This document shows positions 59,463 to 64,000 of a stretch of DNA of 64,000 bases, in pieces. How positions within the stretch are numbered: the stretch's first letter is position 1; every line of letters begins with the position of its first letter. The notes beneath the pieces are model-generated. The model was not told where the DNA came from. It made no database searches and worked only from the letters and a program-made list of their open reading frames with translations. Origin of the DNA: Flavobacteriaceae bacterium (GTDB lineage Bacteria; Bacteroidota; Bacteroidia; Flavobacteriales; Flavobacteriaceae). The stretch covers positions 5,220 to 69,219 of the forward strand of contig CANFZM010000013.1 of NCBI GenBank assembly GCA_947451525.1, read 5' to 3'. A program made the translations under genes and the position numbers.

Positions 59463-60302
59463 ATGGAAAAAACTATTCAAAAAATTGTTGCAAAAAGCAT
59501 TGGGAGTTATATCAACTTATTAAGTTATGTAGCACCTAAGCAATCTTTGGCATTGGCTTATAAATTTTTTAGTGAACCTAGAAAAGGGAAAATTAAGCAA
59601 GATAGAATTCCGAAAACGTTACAAAAAGCAATCCATCAAAAACACAATTTAAACGATCAAGAATTTCAAACTTACCATTGGGAAGGAAATGAAGAGATTA
59701 TTTTGTTGGTTCATGGTTGGGAAAGTAATGCTTCCAGATGGAAAAAACTGCTTCCTTATTTGAAGAAAACAGGAAAAACTATTATAGCAATAGATGCTCC
59801 TGCACACGGATTTAATACGGATAAAGAATTTAATGTTCTTATTTATTCGGAATTTATTAATGAAGTGGTACAAAAATACCAACCCAAAATTGCAATTGGT
59901 CATTCTATAGGCGGCAATGCTTTGGCTTATTATCAAAACCATTATCCGCACCAATTAGAAAAAATGATTTTGCTTGGTGCTCCAAGTGATTTTAAAGTTA
60001 TCATGGAAAATTATTTTAGATTGCTAAGTTTAAATAAAAAGGTGCAAGAGCAATTTAAAAACTATGTTCAAAGTAGATTTAATATCGTTATTGAAGATTT
60101 TTCTGCTTCTAAATTCTTAGAAGAAACTACTATTTCAGGAATTATCGCTCACGATCAAGAGGATATAGTTGTGTTACTGAATGAAGGTAATAAAATTGCT
60201 ACTGCCTGGAAAACTGCTCAATTTATAGAAACCAAAGGACTTGGGCACAGCATGCACGATGCTGACTTGTACCAAACTATAGTCGATTTTATAGATTCTT
60301 AA
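59463..60302 (+). CDS. Alpha/beta hydrolase
   Basis: VHGWES, DAPAHG, GHSIGG, GLGH. Confidence 0.88.
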   Translation: MEKTIQKIVAKSIGSYINLLSYVAPKQSLALAYKFFSEPRKGKIKQDRIPKTLQKAIHQKHNLNDQEFQTYHWEGNEEIILLVHGWESNASRWKKLLPYLKKTGKTIIAIDAPAHGFNTDKEFNVLIYSEFINEVVQKYQPKIAIGHSIGGNALAYYQNHYPHQLEKMILLGAPSDFKVIMENYFRLLSLNKKVQEQFKNYVQSRFNIVIEDFSASKFLEETTISGIIAHDQEDIVVLLNEGNKIATAWKTAQFIETKGLGHSMHDADLYQTIVDFIDS

Positions 60303-60382
60303 ATCTGAAAAAAACACTAATTAATTGCAAATATTTTTAGAATTTAAAATTATCTCCTTTTCAAATTGATTACTTTTGTCAA

Positions 60383-61171
60383 ATGGAAGAAAATCTTACA
60401 CGAATCAATAAATTTTTATCGGAAACTGGCTTTTGCTCCCGCAGGGAAGCCGATAAATTAATAGAACAAGGGAAAGTTACCATTAATGGAGTCGTTCCAG
60501 AAATGGGTACTAAAATCACTCCCGATGATGAAGTTCGTGTAGATGGCAAATTGGTAAGAGAAAACCGACAAAAACGAATTTATCTTGCTTTTAATAAGCC
60601 TGCCGGAATTGAATGTACTACCAACTTGGATGTAAGAGATAATATTGTAGATTACATCAATTATTCAGAACGAATTTTTCCCATTGGTAGATTGGACAAA
60701 GCCAGTGAGGGATTGATTTTCATGACCAACGATGGTGATATTGTAAATAAAATCCTACGTGCTAGAAACAACCACGAAAAGGAATATATAGTAACTGTAA
60801 ACCGACCAATTACGGATCGATTTATAGATAGAATGGCGAATGGAATTCCAATTTTGGAAACTATTACCCGAAAATGCAAAGTAGAACAAATTAGTAAATA
60901 TGTCTTTCGAATTGTGCTAACACAAGGATTGAACCGACAAATCAGAAGAATGTGTGAGCATCTCGATTATGAAGTTACTGCTTTAAAAAGAACTCGAATT
61001 ATCAATATTACTTTGGATGTTCCGTTAGGAAGGTACCGCCATTTAACGGAGGAGGAAGTTACCGAACTTAACCAATTAATAGAGCCTTCAAGCAAAACAG
61101 AAGAAGCAAGTTTCCCGAAAGTAACCCCTAAAATTTCGATTCAACCTCGAAGAGATTTTAGAAATAGATAA
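60383..61171 (+). CDS. rluF: 23S rRNA pseudouridine synthase F
   Basis: S4 domain CSRREAD, IGRLDKASEGL, QGLNRQIRRMC. Confidence 0.88.
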   Translation: MEENLTRINKFLSETGFCSRREADKLIEQGKVTINGVVPEMGTKITPDDEVRVDGKLVRENRQKRIYLAFNKPAGIECTTNLDVRDNIVDYINYSERIFPIGRLDKASEGLIFMTNDGDIVNKILRARNNHEKEYIVTVNRPITDRFIDRMANGIPILETITRKCKVEQISKYVFRIVLTQGLNRQIRRMCEHLDYEVTALKRTRIINITLDVPLGRYRHLTEEEVTELNQLIEPSSKTEEASFPKVTPKISIQPRRDFRNR

Positions 61172-61179
61172 AAAAAATT

Positions 61180-61695
61180 ATGGCAGCGGAAAATGACATT
61201 AAAACAGAAATTGAAAGATACCTTAAATATAATTATTCCAAAAAGGATGTAATGACGTATTTAAAAAGAGATGGTTTTAGTGATGCTGAAATTGCTGAAA
61301 ATAGTACAATTTTCAACAAAGTAGATTCTAATTATTTTAATAATGCACTGCATTTTCTACCTGCATTACTGTTTTTAATACTCACTATTTTGGCTGCTTT
61401 GGGTCGCTTTTATTCGGCAGAAGATACCTTCCAAAAAATAGCAAATATACTTTTAGTTGTAATTTTGGTTTATACAACTATTGGTTTTAGCAAAAACAAA
61501 CCTAAGTTTATTATCGCGACTGCAGCACTAATCGTGGTTTCTGCACTTTATTACAGTTACCTTTTCTTTGTAGTTCCGCAAAAAGATGAATTTGGATTTT
61601 CGTTGAGTATTTTCTCTAAAGTTGGGATAATTATTTTACATCTTTTAACTTTTAGAGGATGCTATAAAATGTATAAGGAAATCGCATCCAAATAA
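61180..61695 (+). CDS. Hypothetical membrane protein
   Basis: 171 aa; soluble N-terminus and about 4 TM segments. Confidence 0.65.
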   Translation: MAAENDIKTEIERYLKYNYSKKDVMTYLKRDGFSDAEIAENSTIFNKVDSNYFNNALHFLPALLFLILTILAALGRFYSAEDTFQKIANILLVVILVYTTIGFSKNKPKFIIATAALIVVSALYYSYLFFVVPQKDEFGFSLSIFSKVGIIILHLLTFRGCYKMYKEIASK

Positions 61696-61712
61696 ATTAT
61701 CCGTAAAAATTA

Positions 61713-61762
61713 GCCACAGATTCACAGATTAGAAATGATTTAGAAATCTGTGAATCTGTGGC
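61713..61762. repeat. 18-bp perfect inverted repeat built from CACAGATT units
   Basis: GCCACAGATTCACAGATT / AATCTGTGAATCTGTGGC. Confidence 0.8.
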
Positions 61763-61829
61763 AAAAAAATTAGAAGCTTAATCGAAATGCACTGAAAGTG
61801 CATAGTTTTAAATTTTATTTTGAAAAAAC

Positions 61830-61856
61830 AAACCCAAGACGCAAATCTTGGGTTTT
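61830..61856. terminator. Terminator after the folD-GNAT pair
   Basis: AAACCCAAGA / TCTTGGGTTT. Confidence 0.7.
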
Positions 61857-61861
61857 CTATT

Positions 61862-62353
61862 TTAAATCTTTTTCTCCATAATAAAATCATCCATTACATA
61901 ACTATTTCCTATATCTACCACGAGTGAATCGGCAATTTCGAATTGGTTATGCAAATAAAAATCTTTGGCTTTATTGTATTTATTTACATTCAGAATTAAT
62001 GCTGAATTAGAATTTTTCTTTGCAATTTCTTGGATATGAAGAATCAAATTTTTACCAACTCCTTTGCCTTGGATAGTTGGCAAAATATATAATTTATGAA
62101 TCTTAGTTTTATTAAAATTCTGAAAATTTAGTTCATAGGATGCAAATCCGATAAAATCATTTTCCTCTTTTACTAACAAAAAAACGATGTTATTTTTTAG
62201 TTGATTTTCTAAAGAATCCAAACTGTACATCATTTCCATCATGTATTCCAATTGCTCTTGCGATAGGATTGCGCCATAGGCATCTGGCCAAATTGCTTTG
62301 GCTAAATCTTGAATAATTTCAAGTTGGGAATTAGTTGCAACAGAAAAAGTCAT
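61862..62353 (-). CDS. GNAT N-acetyltransferase
   Basis: KIHKLYILPTIQGKGVG, LNVNKYN, FYLHNQF. Confidence 0.88.
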   Translation of the reverse strand: MTFSVATNSQLEIIQDLAKAIWPDAYGAILSQEQLEYMMEMMYSLDSLENQLKNNIVFLLVKEENDFIGFASYELNFQNFNKTKIHKLYILPTIQGKGVGKNLILHIQEIAKKNSNSALILNVNKYNKAKDFYLHNQFEIADSLVVDIGNSYVMDDFIMEKKI

Positions 62354-62354
62354 T

Positions 62355-63239
62355 TTATTTTTTGGCCTTTTTTTGTTCTCTTGCTAAAAGCGTATTTTTC
62401 AACAACATAGCAATTGTCATTGGCCCTACTCCACCAGGAACTGGGGTAATAAAAGATGCTTTTTTAGATACATTTTCAAAATCAACGTCCCCAACAATTT
62501 TATATCCTTTTTCGGAAGTTTCATCGGCAACACGAGTAATACCAACGTCAATAACCACAACATCATCTTTCACCATTTCGGCTTTAAGATAATTCGGAAC
62601 CCCTAATGCCGTGATGATAATATCTGCTTGCGAAGTTATTTGGTTGATGTTTTTAGTATGACTGTGGGTTAACGTAACGGTAGAATTCCCAGGAAATTGG
62701 TTTCTTCCCATTAAGATACTCATTGGTCTACCTACAATGTGACTTCTTCCAATGATTACGGTATGTTTTCCATCCGTTGGAACATTGTAACGCTCTAACA
62801 ATTCCAAAATTCCAAACGGAGTTGCAGGAATAAAGGTACTCATGTCTAACGCCATTTTACCAAAATTCTCCGGATGGAAACCATCCACGTCTTTGCTCGG
62901 GTCAATTGCGTTAATTATTTGTTGGGTATCAATTTGTTTTGGCAACGGTAATTGCACTATAAAACCATCGATGTCGTCGTTTTGATTCAGTTCTTTGATT
63001 TTATTAAGTAATTCAGTTTCCGAAGTAGTACTTGGCATTTTTACCAAAGTAGATTCGAATCCTACTCGTTCGCAGGCCTTTACTTTACTGCCAACATAGG
63101 TTAAACTTGCGCCATCGCTTCCTACAATTATTGCAGCAAGATGTGGTACTTTTTCGCCGTTGTCTTTCATTTTTTGGACTTCGGCCGCAATTTCATTTTT
63201 AATATCTTCCGATACTTTTTTTCCGTCTAAAATTGTCAT
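62355..63239 (-). CDS. folD: Methylenetetrahydrofolate dehydrogenase/cyclohydrolase
   Basis: VQLPLP, KDVDGFH, GRSHIVGRP, TPVPGGVGPMT. Confidence 0.95.
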   Translation of the reverse strand: MTILDGKKVSEDIKNEIAAEVQKMKDNGEKVPHLAAIIVGSDGASLTYVGSKVKACERVGFESTLVKMPSTTSETELLNKIKELNQNDDIDGFIVQLPLPKQIDTQQIINAIDPSKDVDGFHPENFGKMALDMSTFIPATPFGILELLERYNVPTDGKHTVIIGRSHIVGRPMSILMGRNQFPGNSTVTLTHSHTKNINQITSQADIIITALGVPNYLKAEMVKDDVVVIDVGITRVADETSEKGYKIVGDVDFENVSKKASFITPVPGGVGPMTIAMLLKNTLLAREQKKAKK

Positions 63240-63283
63240 TGTGTAGTTATTTTGTGTGTTGTGTTGTTGTTTATCTACTCAAT

Positions 63284-63311
63284 AAAAAAGACGTGATAAA
63301 TCACGTCTCTA
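63284..63311 (-). terminator. Terminator or REP-like palindrome after ffh
   Basis: AGACGTGA / TCACGTCT with an A-tract on the left. Confidence 0.65.
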
Positions 63312-63313
63312 TA

Positions 63314-64000
63314 TTACATTTGTGGCATTCCACCTTTCATTCCGCCCATCATGCGCATCATGTTTTTCCCTCCTGGTCCTTGCATCATCTTCATCATTTT
63401 GCTCATCTGTTCGAATTGTTTCATCAATTGATTTACTTCTTCTATTTTTCTACCAGAACCTTTTGCAATTCTAGTTTTGCGTTTCATGTCAATTAAAGAA
63501 GGTCTGCTTCTTTCTATTGGTGTCATTGAATGGATGATTGCTTCAATGTGTTTGAAAGCATCGTCTTCAATTTCAACATCTTTCATTGCTTTACCAGCAC
63601 CCGGAATCATTCCAATCAAATCTTTCATGCTTCCCATTTTTTTGATTTGTTGTATCTGTGACAAGAAATCATCAAAACCGAATTCGTTTTTTGCAATTTT
63701 CTTTTGTAATTTTCTGGCTTCTTCTTCATCGTATTGCTCTTGCGCTCTTTCTACCAAAGATACAACATCTCCCATTCCAAGGATACGATCGGCCATACGA
63801 GAAGGATAGAATACATCAATAGCGTCCATTTTTTCACCAGTTCCAACAAACTTAATTGGTTTGTTTACTACTGATTTAATAGTTATTGCGGCTCCACCAC
63901 GAGTATCTCCATCTAATTTTGTAAGAATAACCCCATCAAAATTCAATCTATCGTTAAAGGCTTTTGCAGTATTAACCGCATCTTGACCTGTCATTGCATC
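63314..64000 (-). CDS. ffh: Signal recognition particle protein (3' part; 5' end outside window)
   Basis: TKLDGDTRGGAA, RILGMGD, M-domain IIHSMTP...RIAKGSG, Met-rich tail. Confidence 0.95.
   Translation of the reverse strand, partial: DAMTGQDAVNTAKAFNDRLNFDGVILTKLDGDTRGGAAITIKSVVNKPIKFVGTGEKMDAIDVFYPSRMADRILGMGDVVSLVERAQEQYDEEEARKLQKKIAKNEFGFDDFLSQIQQIKKMGSMKDLIGMIPGAGKAMKDVEIEDDAFKHIEAIIHSMTPIERSRPSLIDMKRKTRIAKGSGRKIEEVNQLMKQFEQMSKMMKMMQGPGGKNMMRMMGGMKGGMPQM

Noticed and set aside
902-63809. Numerous short antisense or alternate-frame ORFs in the track (e.g. 902-1168, 24403-24825, 27177-27608, 46291-46677, 63477-63809)
   Set aside because: They lie wholly within well-supported genes, have no motifs and are typical shadow ORFs.
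1-64000. tRNA, rRNA, riboswitch, transposase or integrase genes
   Set aside because: No T-loop/anticodon structures, rRNA-like tracts, recognisable aptamers or DDE/Tyr-recombinase motifs were seen. A covariance-model search would be needed to exclude them fully.

Overview
AT-rich bacterial chromosome window, very likely Flavobacterium (Bacteroidota). This rests on T9SS C-terminal sorting domains, TAnnTTTG promoters and the gene content. It is mostly housekeeping genes: parC/parE, ychF, serC/serA, folE, udk, methylmalonyl-CoA mutase, parAB, dapB, lepB, mutL, ribH, recF, murB, lipA, gap, lpxK, rluF, folD and ffh. No rRNA, tRNA, CRISPR array, integrase or transposase was recognised. Small accessory islets sit between core genes. 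(1) A Fic enzyme has a convergently encoded, 3'-overlapping antitoxin-like ORF. (2) An AAA+/DUF4143 ATPase stands alone. Both (1) and (2) are bracketed by direct repeats that duplicate the last codons plus stop of the upstream core gene. (3) A solitary integron-like cassette carries an attC-like site. (4) A kinase+GNAT pair splits serC-serA. (5) There are also a Uma2 nuclease, a YoeB-type TA pair fused to the front of lpxK, and T9SS proteins. Intergenic DNA is dense with several repeat families: Flavo-1-like structured elements with interchangeable central cargo, REP-like palindromes (one read in frame inside the mutase small subunit), and 7-bp periodic arrays. All family assignments are from motif recognition only; no database search was run.
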